64,000 nt of DNA from Lytechinus pictus (taxonomy: Eukaryota). The stretch spans positions 42,224,001 to 42,288,000 of the forward strand of contig NC_087245.1 in the NCBI RefSeq assembly GCF_037042905.1. Direction: 5' to 3'. The stretch's first letter is position 1. Each line of letters begins with the position of its first letter. The notes below the pieces were generated by a model. That model searched no databases. It was not told the DNA's origin and was given only the letters and a program-made list of their open reading frames with translations. The translations under genes and the position numbers were made by a program. Below, in pieces: positions 15,091 to 29,559 of the stretch.

Positions 15091-15389
15091 AGGGGGGGTA
15101 ACTTAGTGAGAGAGGGAGGGCGGAAGGGTAGACATGGATAGATGTAGGTTAAGAAGAGAGGTAAGGGTAAAATCGGATAATGGTACATCGAAACCTAAGG
15201 GGTGGGGCATGCACGCAGGCAATATAGATAAAAGCGTTAGACCGACGTGCATAGTGGGATGGGGATGAAAAAAACACCTAATTTTATTGACTAATTCTCG
15301 GAGGACATCACGGCCTCGGGGACTCATAAGCGAATGTAATACGTGTTTATGATTCACTCTACGTCATTCATTATCATAATTCATCTCTC

Positions 15390-15804
15390 CTCCCTACCCT
15401 ACTCCCGCCGTGTGCGCGCTGACCACGGCTTATGACTTTTTCCATTTACGAAGCCGAATGTATTGAATCGTGTGCGTTGGCAGACAATGTACACAAACAA
15501 CCCTCATACACTTTCCCGCGCCTTTTTACCCCCTCTCTCTCTTCTGCTATCCAACAAGCTCAAGTGGCATTTGCTATGTACACCATGTTAGCGCAAATGT
15601 AGAAAGCTTGCTTAGACAGCTATGTCTTCTTCCTCTGAAAGCATACACCGATACACCTTTCCGTTGCTTTGGTACAGAAGAGAAACGATTTCACCCACCA
15701 TCTCGACGAAAACCACCTGCCAGTCTCCTCCGCAAAAGCAGTATTTTAGGATTTTCCTTTCCAGAGAACCATCCATTGGAAATTAGTGCTTTCCTTAGGT
15801 AAGT
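15390..15804 (+). promoter_or_regulatory. Candidate CpG-rich promoter / non-coding first exon ending at donor AG|GTAAGT (intron starts 15799)
   Basis: Unique CpG-containing sequence (ctcccgccgtgtgcgcgctgaccacggc) followed by a perfect consensus donor. Linkage to the 43108 acceptor is inferred. Confidence 0.4.
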
Positions 15805-16440
15805 GGTTGTGTACGAAAACAAAATTAATGAGTGAAAAATAATTTTTGTTTATTTATGTCTGAGCTTGAGCTGTGTAGTTTTGCGACTCCAGACAGTATC
15901 TTCGATTGTTAATGTTCGAAGAGTGTCGTCGGTCGGATATGTCATGTAGGTAATGTATATGTTAAACCAACGAGCTGTTACGGTAATGATGATCTTGGCG
16001 GCTTTGGCTCGTTTGATTTCCTGCTCCAAAAATACAATAACGACTGTTGACTTACATCAGAATGTCGTGTTATTTAGTGCCATTAAGGGACTGATTCTTT
16101 TACCAAATGCAGCCATGGCTCATCAGATAATATGAGAGATCGGATGTGACGCGTTATCTTTGGTAGATGTTGACATAGGCCTCTGGGGGTATGTCTGTAA
16201 TTGGGGATGGAAAGAAAGCACCCATCTTGCATTTCCTCATAGACATAATATGTTCTCTGCTGAAGTGAACGCTATTGCGCATAGGCCCTATAGGGAGGAT
16301 AGCTCTGGGAAATTTTGATGTTAGCTACGCCTACCATTATTCCATTTCATCTTTCCCCCTTTTTCCATATATATATAAATATATATATGATTTTAGAACA
16401 ATTTTTAATTAAGGTTTTAAAGAAAGTATTTTACTCTTTA

Positions 16441-16590
16441 CAACTGGCGGATCCAGGTAGGGGCGCATCAGGCCCGTACCACCCCCCCCCCCTCTTGAGA
16501 GTGAAGACAGTTTTCCGTTTCCTCTTTACTGTCAGATTGATTTCTGAATCAAAACTGTACCCTTTTTGGAAAATCCTGGAACTGCCCCTG
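16441..16590. mobile_element. Short poly-C-cored TIR element
   Basis: Degenerate termini caactggcggatccagg / cctggaactgcccctg. Confidence 0.55.
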
Positions 16591-16655
16591 CTCTCTTCAT
16601 GTACCCTCATACAATAACATCTAAAGAATAGTATTTCTATTGAATTTATGGTATA

Positions 16656-16917
16656 CACTGTTAAAAAAACTGATTTTACAGAAAAAAAAGAAGATTTTGC
16701 AAAAAGCAATAACAAAATCATTCTGTAAATTCAGAAAACAGGAATTTTTCTGTAATTTAACAGAACAGGTCTGTTTAAAAAGGGGGAAAGGGTGTTGTAT
16801 TAAAGGAAATTTGTTAGGTTCCATACACCAAATACCAATTTCCTGTAAGATTACAGGTGTTCTCGAGACTCTGCTGCAGGAACTTCTTTTATTTTAATGA
16901 TTAATTTTCTAACAGTG
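16656..16917. mobile_element. CAC-ended (CMC/EnSpm-like) MITE
   Basis: Termini CACTGTTA / TAACAGTG flanked by TA on both sides, with internal ttacag/ctgtaa repeats. Confidence 0.75.
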
Positions 16918-17078
16918 TATATGGGTTGATGAGAAAGTGGATAGGATTTACCTCCCTTTTAAACTGAAATACCGGCCACTTGTCAATGCTTGTGAAGGAT
17001 CAAAGAAAGTTCATTTACCCCAAAATTGGACAATAGCCTATGGCGAGTGAGGGTACTAGTATTATATTATGATGTATA

Positions 17079-17528
17079 TAAGCCAGTTCGTAGTTCCTTT
17101 CTGCGCATGATCAAAAGATTCTACGCATGATCAGAGGAAGGTCATTTGTACTAAAGTGACATGGTGGTTTAAAATCTAATGAGATAAGCACCAACTTTGA
17201 TGTCTTGATTATTCATATATTCTTTTGAATTGCGGTTTTCATTTACATCCACAAAAAACAAAAATGCGTCCACGAACGACTGGTATTTCACAGTTTGCCA
17301 AGTACATTGTGCAACATGCTATGATATGCATTCAAAGTAGGAATGCAACAAATACCTTCATAAAGTGACTGGTGTGCTATTCAAGTCACCTGGTCTATTC
17401 AATTTATTCATCCTGCTATGTAAGGCAAGCTTACGTAATATCTTGCTTTGAAATCTGCCTATCATAATGAAAGAAATGAAAGGTCATTTGACCAAAATAT
17501 TGTCCATGAAGAACGACGAACTGGTCTA
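17079..17528. mobile_element. ~450-bp MITE with TAG-type termini
   Basis: Imperfect TIRs taagccagttcgtagttc / gaacgacgaactggtcta. Confidence 0.65.
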
Positions 17529-17774
17529 TTAGGTTGAGGTTTCTTTAATTTCGATGAACATTAATTTTGAAAAGGAGAGGGGCCTAAAAAAATCTATATC
17601 ATGGTTAGAAACATTTTTATCGCTCTCAAACCAGGATTGTCATTTTGATTGTTCTTTCTCTTTTACATTTTTGTCATAATCATGATAATAGTTTCCAAAA
17701 TATTAAAGGGTTAAAGCTATCAAAACTCATCCAATGTCAAAGAAAGCCATGCAGTGTTTCCTATAATAATATAT

Positions 17775-20700
17775 TAGACTAGACACATTCTGGAAAAAGA
17801 GGCCTATATAAACTTTAAGAAGCATTTTGGGGTAAAAGTTGGAAACCGGACTATTTCACACAATTCAAATATGCTGAATCTGATAAGATCGGTTCCCAAG
17901 CTAATTTCTCATGTTTTGACCACCTAATTTGCATAAACAAAATGGCTGCCAAATTGACAATTCAGAATATTATTTCGACAATGTTCTTTAATTATATTCG
18001 CTTTCACAGACATGAATACTGCAAAATCCTGCATACATACGTGTACCTTTCGGGAAAACTTGAAAATTTTTGTTTGCGGCTAATTAATTATGCAAATTTA
18101 TGCATATTTTGGATCATTATGCTATAATTTGATAATTTCAGCTCAAATGTTCATATTTTTGGTACAAATAGCATTTACATCATTATAAATAATTGTACGG
18201 CCCTTAGAATATAATATCGCAGTGAATAATAATGTATTTTATTGTTTTAGAATTTCTTTGTTTTTTGTACCTTTTGTTTTGTACATGTTTTGTTATGGGA
18301 TCTGTCAAATTATTGATTATCAATGGCAGAAAATAATTAGCTTCAATGATTTAATTATGTAATCACTTTTTTATTCGCATATATCCATGGGCATAAACAG
18401 ATGCACCCACTCCCACACCCACATCTGCATACAAAGGTAAACTCCTGCCTTCCCATTTAAAAGCACACTGGTGGAGATCCAACGAATTTCATGAACCTAT
18501 CTGTTTTCAAGCGAATGTCACTATTAATTGCTTATATTCTTATTAAAATATGGTATCTTGAATTATGATATCAATCAATTCATTCATATTTACAATTTTA
18601 GATGATGAATTATTAAATTTGAATCATAACATTACTGTAATTCTCAACTCCTAATAGTCAATCAGTTGCATTTAATATCCTGTGGAGTAGTTATGTTCCC
18701 GACCAGCAGAATCTGATCACACATACATATATATATATATAAATATATGTATATATATTTAGTGTGTTTTTCTTCAGCAAAATGAAGTGAAAACCGTCTG
18801 CTGAAAATGAGATGTCCTGTGTTTTACTCCATTACGCTCGTCAAATTGTTCCAATATTGAACAAAAAATCTCAGAACTGAACCCACATATAATCCATCTA
18901 ATTTCTCATTTTGCCTATCAATTATACCGTTTTCCGTGTTTTAAAAGCCAGACTGTGATGTTCTAAAGTTCCACAACGAATAAGTCAATGCATATCCTTT
19001 TAATAATTTTTTTTTAATCATTGGACTTCATTAACGGATTACATGTGCATCTCCATAATATATCTTTTCCAATGCAGTACTGCATCTGTCCTATCAATGA
19101 TTGCCGCTTCATCCAACTTACAGGCATCCAGCTTCCCCCAGCTTGATATACACCTTTACCTTCGGGGTGTTGAATGATCAATTTCAGTTATCATCGATTT
19201 GGTGTTCCATTGGATGGCTTGATTGATAGGGCAGCCTCATATTATAAAAGTCATCTCTAATTGTTGAAATCAAACCAATTTAGTACAAGTATTCTGCGGA
19301 GGCAGTTCGTATCGAAGTCATCGTGTTTGTGTTCTTGAGATATGTCCGATTCTCATGTCACAGATCCATAGAGAAAACCTAAACTTTTGTCTTAAGAGAG
19401 AATCTGCTGTCTAACCAGATCTTGTTTCAGGTGTTAAAATGCTCGGAGTGCACCTTTTTCAATACCGCAGTGAATTGTGTAATGTCTTCTAGGCCATTTA
19501 TCGAACTTCTAATATTCACACATTTTCATATCTTCATAAGATAGACTATTTCAAATTGATAACGAAGATATCTTTCAGAGGATGGTGGGTTCCTGGCATG
19601 TTTGGCGTTCCTGTAGGTGATTATTAATCCACTTATTTTGATCGGTATCAAACCCAACAGCATCCAATAGCTTACCCAGCTCTGATAGGCTGCATGCGAG
19701 TCTGAGATATCACCATCAAAGTCTAGTTCGAGAATTTATTCGATTGTAGAGCCAGGATTTCTCTTTCTACGAGGAAAGCAGTTGCCTAAGTTATGTTTGA
19801 CTTGTCAACCGGTTTTGATACCAGTGAACATGTCATTCTCCTTAGGAGACTGACAGTCTGTTTTGGAATTGATGATTCTGCACTCCAATGGCAGGTTTCC
19901 TCTTACCTTGCCAACAGAGCTGTTTGAAGCTGTATTCATCACTGGCTTGCAGTCTCCTGTGACTACCCTTTGATATGGAGTTCCTTGGGAGTCTGTCCTT
20001 GTACCTTGTTCTTCAAACTGTACATCACTCCTCTTGGCTCTGTAATGTGGCAACATGGTCTTGGTATACACTTCTATGCTGATGACATCCAGCTGTATAC
20101 CTCACTTTTGATCAAAAAGGTAAATATACAGAGGTTCGTGCAGCTGCTGTTGTTGGTGCTGCCATTGAGGATTCGATGTTGGATGAAGGTCAACTTCCTG
20201 GAGCCTAACAATAAAAAGCGAAGTATCTTGTTCTGTCATCTCCATATATGCGTAATTATTATGACTACAACTCCAGTCTTAATAGGTGAGGAAGCTATAT
20301 ATCTCCAGTATGCAAGGCTAGATCTCTTGGCGTAGTCTTTGATAGAACAATGAGCATGAAGAAACACACATCACATGTCTGCCAATCTGCATATTACCTG
20401 CTCCACAGAATTGCTGATATCAAACATTGTCTTACATGAGGTGGTGCAGAAAATATCACCCATGACCGGATAACCTCTAGACTGCCACTGGACTTCTGCA
20501 ACTGTCTCCATGCTGGTTTACCTTCAACATGCATCTCTAACACTTTTTAACCTTAGGACACACTGTGAAAATTTGTTCTGCATTGGGCAGTGGCTGGGCT
20601 TGTTTTGCCCATGTTTTAACCATGGAGCTAATCTGTGTTTAGCCCAATGTTTTTATCATTTCCTCTACTGTATTCAGTATCGTTCGTCAAAGAATCTTCC

Positions 20701-21859
20701 AAGGCAAGGATTGGATAAAAGCTGTGGTTTTCAGTTATCACTTTGATGGTTGACTTGGGGAAAATGTACCGTTGCCAAATAAATAAATAAATCGGTAATA
20801 ACCAAAAAACTAGTAAGTGATCCAGTAATACAGACCCTTTGCATTTATTACAAATTGTTCTTTGGTTAACTGCCATCATTGCAGTTCTGATGGAGCTGAA
20901 TCAAAGATATAATTTTGCTACAAGGATAATAACAATGTACTGATACTTATATCCGATTGATAAACTACACTGCGTAAATCATACGTTTAATTGATTATTG
21001 GATCTGTTATAAAACATTTTAATATATCTATTTCAAGAAATTTAAGTTCAGCATGATTACAGGTTTTCCAACTTCTAAACTCTTCTTTTCTTACGGGTTC
21101 ATTGAATGTGGTAATTATCATGATTATAGGATCAGCATCAATGTTTTTATATTGGGCATGTCTACTACATATACCTTGCAAGTATATTACTTTCTATACA
21201 CAGGTGTGGGTGTGGGAGCATGTGTGTGTATTTTTTCCTGAGTACAATTATCAGTTGTGGCAAAAGAAGTTTATCAAATGATTCAATCATTGAAGCTTAG
21301 TATTTGTCAGCCATTGATATTAGTTTTTTTAAAGATCTCATATCAAACATATACAAAGCAAATGGCAGAAAATACAAGAACACAAAAGAAATATCAAAGA
21401 ACAATAAAATAAATATAAAAATTGACTTGAGTATTATATTTAAGGGCCAAACAATTATCATAATGATACAAATGCTGTTTGTACCCAAAATAATAAAAAT
21501 TTTAGGTGTAATTATCAAATTATAGCATAATATTGCAAAATATGCATAAATTTGCATAATTAATTAGCCGCAAACAAAAAAAAATTTCCAAAATGGTACA
21601 TGTTAAGTATGCAGGATTTTGCAGTATCCATATCGGTGAAAGCGAATATTATAAAAGAATATTGTAGAAATAAGATTATAAATTGTCAATTTGGCAGCCA
21701 TTTTGTTTATGCAAATTAGGTGGTCAAAACATGAAAAATTGGCTTGGGAACCGGTCTTATCAGATTCGGCACATTCAAATTAGGTGAAATAGACCGGTTC
21801 CCAACTTTTACCCCAAAATGCTCCTTGAACTCAAGTTCTCCCCATATTGGTCTTGTCTA
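17775..21859. mobile_element. 4.1-kb unit with ~660-bp diverged inverted arms (TAG...CTA termini) enclosing a decayed L2 fragment
   Basis: 17775-~18440 aligns by eye to the reverse complement of ~21185-21859 (e.g. ttttgaccacctaatttgcataaacaaaatggctgccaaattgacaatt). Termini TAGACTAGAC / GTCTTGTCTA. No clean TSD. Confidence 0.8.
19100..20540 (+). pseudogene. Heavily decayed L2-type LINE fragment
   Basis: Broken RT motifs from ~19810: FDT..H.ILLRRL, YGVP.GSVL.P, LYITPLG, HFYADDIQLY, ITSRL..DFCN. The left boundary is approximate. Confidence 0.8.
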
Positions 21860-24223
21860 TTAATAGAAAATATATAACAATTTTTTTTCTTATATCGATA
21901 TGAATAGCTATGTTTACAAAAGTATGCACCGTCACTTTCCCAACCCCTCTAAAATGAGAGTAAGATTGTCCGAAAGACCTTCTCCATGTTCTCGGATAAT
22001 ATTCTACTAGAGCATGTCTTCGGGTGCTTTCAAAGAGATCTATTCGGCTTGTGGCTGATTTGTATATACAGAACAGGTAGAATGTTTACTACCCAGGGAC
22101 AAAATCTCATTAAAATAAAATGAAATTCGTCCCATGTACCTCTCGATATAAAAGCAGTGGTAGATTGTGTGACATTTAAAATCACGGCAGCGCAAAAACA
22201 GAAGTAACCACTATTTTTAGTCTTGTTTGTGTCATTGTTTTATTTGTTAAAATAATTCGCGTTTCTATAAATAAACATTTATTTCCTCATAATCGTAAAG
22301 TGAATTATAAATCATTTATCATTCAAATGATGCTCAATTTCTATAAATCAACATATTTTTCTTCGATCATATTAATATCGAAAAAAGCGGTGGAAAATAA
22401 TTCTAAACATCGTTAATTATCTTAAAGAGTGAAGCAATGGCACGGATTGGAAATACGAAAGCAATCATGCAGATGACAAATTGCAAAACCAAGTGTGTAA
22501 AAGTAATAAAGCATGATCATTCTATTTTGAATTGATGATGGTGATTATTATTATGATCAAGCCAATATTCCCTTTGTATCTTTGTATGATTCTTATGCAG
22601 ATTTATCGTCTGCCATGCCTTATTACAGGCCTAGCTATATCACAACACTGACGTCTAGTGTGTGCGCCCCAACCCCCTTAACAATTTTTTGTGTTAACTC
22701 TTACCCCGCATCATTAATCATTGTATTAGATTGCCAACAGATTTGGGTTGCATTTCCTTGATTGACAACGCATTCGAGTATTTTACACACCGACTCTATA
22801 TAACACTATTAATTGCAAATTGTTGATTTTCGGCTTGCTCACTTTGTTCGCTTGGAGAATTTTTTGAACGCATGTTCAAAACAAAGCATATTCAAACCAC
22901 ACACACAAACAAACACACACACACCCTCACACACAGCATGAAACAGTCACATCTGCCAGATAGACCTCAAACCGACCATAAAATGGCGATATGACAGTTT
23001 TGAGACGGTTTCATATGTGTGACTGTAACGTATATCATGCATAAGAGATGGACCTAATTTATGAAATTATTTCATCACTCGATTACGCAACGTCATTCCT
23101 TGCATTCGTCCAACACACTGTCAATACGCACAATTTAGGACATGATGTACATTACCCAGCTGCATAGGGTCGAAGGTGACAATTAGTGTCATGATTACTG
23201 GGGATTGGCAATCTATCACTCAGCCCCCCCCCCCAAAAAAAAGCCATACATTCTGCTCAATTCAGAGGAATCTCAACAAAATGCTGGAAATTACGGAGAA
23301 CCGGAGTTTCGGGAGTAAAAAGGGTGGGGCGCCAGGGTGTGGTGTGAGGTTGGAATCACAATACGGGGGGGGGGTCACTTGGGGAGCTTGGGGTACGATT
23401 TTGTTACCGCCACCCCCTCCCTCCTCTCCCGCAAGTGCTATAAATTTACAAGGAAAGGCTCTTGTGAGTGTTCTATAAACATGTAATACTTCGAAAAATT
23501 ATCATGATTATTGTTTATAGCGAGTCGCCAGTATTATTGTATAGGCCTAAATTTCTGCATGTTTTTGTCTTCTCAGTCAAGAAAAAGAATCCCAGAAGTA
23601 GCAAACTTTAAACATGGTTGTATTATGTTCCTGCATTGGGAAACCCGATTCGCAATGTGCCCCTGAACACGCCAGTATTGATTTTTATTTTTTGGTTCCT
23701 ATATATACAGCGCGTGGCAGGGTTGTTATCCTGGATCTGTTCAATATTGTTGACGGCATGGCATCCTCACAAGCAATCTATTTCGTATACTTTTTTTAAT
23801 CTTCCACTTTTTCCCCGTCTCCTCTCCATTCATTCATCCTTCAAACTTTCTGCCTATCTCTCTTTCTCCATCCTATTTCATGCACTTCGGTTCCACGTCC
23901 CCCTACTTCATTGCCTCTTTCTCCATTCCCACATTCACCCCCCCCCCCCACTCGCCCCTCTTTCTCTATGTACCACAGATGTCGTTTTTCAAAGTGTGAG
24001 GGAGGGGGCTGGCAATGCTCAAAAGACACTCAGATGCTCATTTTTACGATTTTGTACCCGTTTATTTAAATAGTGGGTGGGCTGAAGCACCCCGGCTCTT
24101 GTACCCTATCTTATCCTCATTATATATTTCTGTCTCATTCTCTCTTTACCTGCTCTTTCCCTCACTCTCTCTCCCTCTTCCACCCCCGACTCGTATCTGC
24201 CTCTCTCCCTCTCCCCTTCCCCC

Positions 24224-24803
24224 AGGGGAAGTTAACCCTGAAGAAAAGTTTGTTGTAAAAATAGCAGAAAAAAATAACAAATATTGGTGAAGGGTTGAGG
24301 AAAATCCGTTAAACACTTAAAGATTAAGAAAATTATTAGAATTTTTAGTTTTAGATTGGTGTCGTCATAAACGAGCAGCTGCCCCATATGTTATGCAATA
24401 TAACATGCATATATTTCATTTTTATAATGGTTCGTGATGACTTATTTTTGTTTTCTTTTTAGGAACGGGTGTAAATTTGTGAAATGATTTGTTTATTAAT
24501 ATACTGAAGGTACAATAAAACAATTTATTGAGAAAATGAAATTTCTTTGATTTTTTTAACCATATTATGTAGAAAAGCTGCTCGCATATGACGTCACAAA
24601 TCGAATTATCAAAATTAAAAGAAATATGTTCGTATTGCTTGCCTGCAGCATATATATATATATTGTCTCCTTTATCATGCCACTGATACAACTCATACAA
24701 AAATTGATATTCTTTGATGGATTTTCTCAAATCTTTGGCAAAATTTTTCATTATTTTTTCTGCTATTTGTACAATAAACTTTGTGTCGGGGTGAACTTCC
24801 CCT
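24224..24803. mobile_element. Kolobok-like MITE; partial sister copy at ~50519-50900
   Basis: TIRs AGGGGAAGTTAACCC / GGGTGAACTTCCCCT followed by TTAA on the right, with long imperfect arms. Confidence 0.8.
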
Positions 24804-25917
24804 TTAATCCACTCATATTCAGCCTCTCCAAACAGTCATTGCCCCAAATTCTGAAATGATCATCATCCAATTCGTTGCTCGTAGTAACCGACATGACGAT
24901 GCCTAAATTCATTCCATTGCGCTTTCCCAGAAAATTGATTAATAAAGTCGAGAGCCAATGTTGGGTTGTACTCACTGACGTTGTTTGCCTTTTTATGTGA
25001 ACATAAGAATAGCATGTAGCGCTATGGTATCCAGAGCCTTCAAATATGTATTTATTGTCAACTTAAAGAAGTGTTGATAGAAATATTATGGGGGTTTAAA
25101 ACTTACAAATTTTCTTTCAGAGAATAATAATACGGTTTTTTAAATTCATGTTGGAGCATCCCCTCCCCCCTCTCACACCAATCCCAAGGATTATTGATTG
25201 ATGACATTCACGATAACGTTACAACATCTTTATCATCGTTTATCCTCGGCATTGTTTTTACAATGAAGCATTTAAAAAAAAGAGAAAAAAAATCATTATA
25301 CTTTCTTCTGTTCTGCTCAACATACAAAGTCATTTATATTTGCTTCGTTATAACTGTTTTAAGATTAAATGAGCTTGAAACATGTGCGGCAGTGGTAGAT
25401 TCAGGATTTTGAACATTAAAAAATAGAGTGGTGCATTTGATAATTTCCATCGATCAAGCTATATATTCATGTCTTTATGCTCAATCGCGATGATCTCTCA
25501 ATTGGCATCTGAATACCCCTTGCTAGGCCCTTCTCAAACTGTGAATCATTATTATCTCTATTCAATATGCCATGCATTTCGGAATATGACGCAAGATGCT
25601 TTATTTCTTCAAATTGTATTACATTATACCTGCAGGGACCTTCTTAGAATTTCAAGAAGCGGTATTTACCAGTTACCTTACAAAAAGGTCAAGAAAAAGT
25701 GACTCATAGTGTGCCATGCGTGACTTGATTACCTTTTATATCTCTTAGGAGCTTATACGAGTATTTGGTTTCAAAGCTCCATAGATGTACATCAGGCCCG
25801 AAATTGCAAATTTTATCTGCCATTGTGACAGAAACAACATGTTTGTCACATATCACTGCAAATTATGAATTTTCATCAATGTGTTTATAATTGTTGTTGC
25901 TTATCTTTGTTATCAAT

Positions 25918-26111
25918 ACTATCATTCTCACCACCACCATCACCATCACCATCATGATCACCATCATCATCATCATCATCATCACCATCATCACCATCAT
26001 CACCATCATCACCATCATCACCATCACCATCATCACCATCATCATCATCACCATCATCATCATCTTCATCACCATCACCATCACCATCATCATCATCATC
26101 ATCTTCATCAC

Positions 26112-26143
<32 letters not shown>

Positions 26144-26385
26144 CCACCATCATCATAATCATCATCATCATCATCATCGTCGTCGTCGTCGTCATCATCG
26201 TCGTCGTCGTCATCATCATCGTCGTCGTCATCACCACCACCACCGTCATCATCATCACCACTACCACCACCACCATCATCACCATCATCATCATCATCAT
26301 CATCGTCATCACCACCACTTCCACCACCACCATCATCATCATCACCATCACCCCCAACATCATCATTATCATCATCATCATCATT
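25918..26385. repeat. Compound trinucleotide microsatellite (CAT/CAC/CGT)n
   Basis: Direct reading. It produces the poly-His/Ile/Met pseudo-ORFs. Confidence 0.98.
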
Positions 26386-26713
26386 CTTCTACCGTGTCTA
26401 CACTGATATATAGTACAATCATTGTACATGAAATCGTAGAGAGGAGCAGTATAGAGGGAGGATGGTACTATACTCTAGTTGAGACCAATATCAGTGTATG
26501 GCGGGAGTATCACAAGCGCACAAAGTGGGAAGGGAGCCCCCCCCCCTCCGTTCTACGACCAAGAACAAAATAGAGACAGGAGAAAGGGATTTAAAAGGGA
26601 GGGGGAGGGTGAAATATATATAATTTGTTGAATATTATATGTCAAAATCTATCACAAAACTAGATTTCCATTTTAAAAAGGGCCTTTTTTTCTCGCTCAT
26701 GACATTATATTAT

Positions 26714-27303
26714 AGGGGAATAAAACCTTTGGAACGAATAGGCTTGTTTCGAAACAGAAAAATCAAAGAATAAGAACAAAGAAAATTTGAGAAAAATCGG
26801 ACAAATAATGAGAAAGTTATGAGCATTTGAATATTGCAATCACTAATGCCAAGAAGATCCTCCCACTGGCAATGCGACAAGGATTTGTGATGTCACTAAT
26901 GAACAACTTTCCCTTTGATGGACTCTAAAATACCCCCAAAATGTCTCTTTTTGCTTTTTCTTCTGGTGATAGTGATACAAATTCTTTATCCATGATGTAT
27001 TCTTTAAAAATCTGTATTACACGCCCTCCTGTAGAAAGAACACATGATCTACTGATAGATGTGATAAAAGAGGCAGTTTGAATGAAATGTATGATAAAGT
27101 AATGGGGAGAGTTGTTCACAAGTGACATCACACATCTTTGTCGCAGTGCCAATATGAGGATCTCCATAGCATTAGTGATCGCAATATTCAAATGCTATAA
27201 CTTTCTCATTATTTGTCCGATTTTTCTCAAACTTTCGTTGATCTGTTTCTTTGATTTTTCTGTTTTCATACAAGCAATCTTGTTCCAAAGGTTTCATTCT
27301 CCT
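26714..27303. mobile_element. Kolobok-like MITE, same family as 55309-55891
   Basis: Long inverted arms; right end GTTTCATTCTCCT+TTAA; left flank TTAT. Confidence 0.85.
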
Positions 27304-27804
27304 TTAATGTTCCCACATACACCATGTTGTGCCCCCTCATTTTTTGGCTCATTATGCCACTGCTGTCAGAGGGCCGTTTAATAATTAAACCTCGATTTAT
27401 GTATTTCTTATAATGATAATAATATCAATATAGTGGTCATTTCTGTCAATGATGACTCTTTGTGCACACTCGACAGTCTTCACCTTCTTATTAATTTTTC
27501 ATTTTTTTCTGCGATCGTATTATTCCATGTGCGAGATATTTAAGGGTCCAAATAAATGCAACCTGCAGCGAAAAGTCAACGGGAAATCGAAATGGCGCTC
27601 TTTTGCTCAGGTGCACTTTAAGCATTATCATGATTATGGTTTTGTAATTAAATGGCTAAAATGGGTTCAGCATCTCTTCAAGGCGCCGCAGCATAGTGGC
27701 CATAATGAATTCAATTATGAGGATGTTCATGAAAGTAGTAACAGAGAGAGAAAGAAAGAGATAATATTAAATAAAAGTAGGAGTGTGTGGGTGTGTTCGT
27801 GTGT

Positions 27805-27842
<38 letters not shown>

Positions 27843-28470
27843 GGGAGAGGGAGAGAGAGAGTAAGATGAAAAGGAGACATGTTTAAAACATATATACTGT
27901 ATTAAGAAAAGAAGGAGAGAGAAAGAGATAATAAATAGTGAGAGAAAGACGGAGGGGAGGGCGAGATAGACAGAGGCGGAGGCGGTGAGGGAGAAGGGGG
28001 GGGGGGGGGGGTGATAAGCGATTGACTAAAACATGAAATTGCAAGATGTCTGTCAAATGGACATAATACTCCGAGCGATCACTAGCGATATAAAGATATA
28101 TCCATGGAGCTATAGCTCCATGATAATCCAATAAAATATATTTGATCGATGGCGAAAATCTTTCAATTTGAGCCCGTATTGAAAAGTAATTTCATTTCTA
28201 TCAGTTAATTATTAGTATGCAAAATAACGCTCGAAAATGTCATCCCTCTAAGATAGGGTTCATAATATTGTCGGGAGGAAAATTGAAACACAATCGTTGA
28301 TGACGCTAATAAAATAATATTGGGTCAACCTAATGCCCAAAGATATAATGATTTGCATGCAAAATTGAATTTTACTTCACCGATGGCACAGTTATCTTGA
28401 ATGTAAACGATGAAAGGTGTGTTTCATGAAGCATCCTGCAAATAAAATTATCTTATTCCCAACAGGTTAC

Positions 28471-29463
28471 TGTCACGTGGGAAGTGACTTTTTTTAATTA
28501 TTTACTTACTGCTGCTCGACACCAAATAAAGAATACGTAGAACTGATGAATACAGTTATTAAAAAGATTTAATCAAATCTCTTTTGTCATTCTCTCGTTT
28601 CCTTTTGATTGGGTTTACAATAATTGTACATGAAAATATACATAGATATAACAAAATACAACTCAACTTAACGATAATCGTTGACTCTAGCCCCCATCAT
28701 CTCATCTGGCCTGACATGCCCCACTCGGCCCTGGTGGTCGGTCCAGTTCCTGGCCTCCGCAGCTAGCGATGTCTCTTCCACTCGGCCTCGGCCTCCGCAG
28801 ACTGTGTTGCCCCTTGATGAGTAACCCCCAGATCAGAGAGATGTGGCTTCAACGAATTAGTGGACGAGATCGAGCCCCCAATGATTACATGAGTTTTGAC
28901 GAATCATGTCGGTGGAGAACCGGCGGCAGCTGGGGTCGTTATCTCGTCACCGACGTAGTCCCTCAGTTATAACTTAGACTGCCTATACAAACATCTGTGG
29001 TCTATGCTAGCTTAGGTGGTTCTCCCTGAATTACTGAAACTAACCTCCTAATATACCCTACCGTTACTAGGAATAACTGTAAAATTTCTATAACGTAATT
29101 CAAAGAATTTCAATAGCAGATGAGTGCATAAAGCAACACATTCTTAATAACAAAAGACTTCCTGTGCATCTGTACATCTACATTCTTCAATGCTAAAGCA
29201 CAGTATTAACTATTTATGACACCTGTATGAAGATGCTTAGCTAGTACGAAATATTTCTAACACTTGAACAAAAATGGCATCCACCTGATCTTGTACTCTA
29301 GGGGGGTATCAAACGTTTCCAACGCTTGCTTTTGAAACATTCAAAACATATGTACATATACAATTGTCTATAGGCCTACCATAAGCTGGACCAAGTAAAT
29401 ATTTTAAACACATGTCTGAACTCAACTGAAATACTCTTATATAATTAAATTTCTTTCCTGACA
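28471..29463. mobile_element. Solo LTR (993 bp)
   Basis: Termini TGTCA...TGACA with a perfect 5-bp TSD GTTAC (28466-28470 and 29464-29468). No coding sequence. Confidence 0.85.
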
Positions 29464-29559
29464 GTTACAATCCATGAATATGATGGTCTTTTATCTAACC
29501 AATTTTAGCCAGTGTAACCGGGTGTCATTTACTAGGGATAGGATAGAGTGTAGTGTTTT

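Noticed and set aside
25863..26573. Poly-His / poly-Ile / poly-Met ORFs
   Set aside because: Translations of a trinucleotide microsatellite that is open in several frames on both strands.
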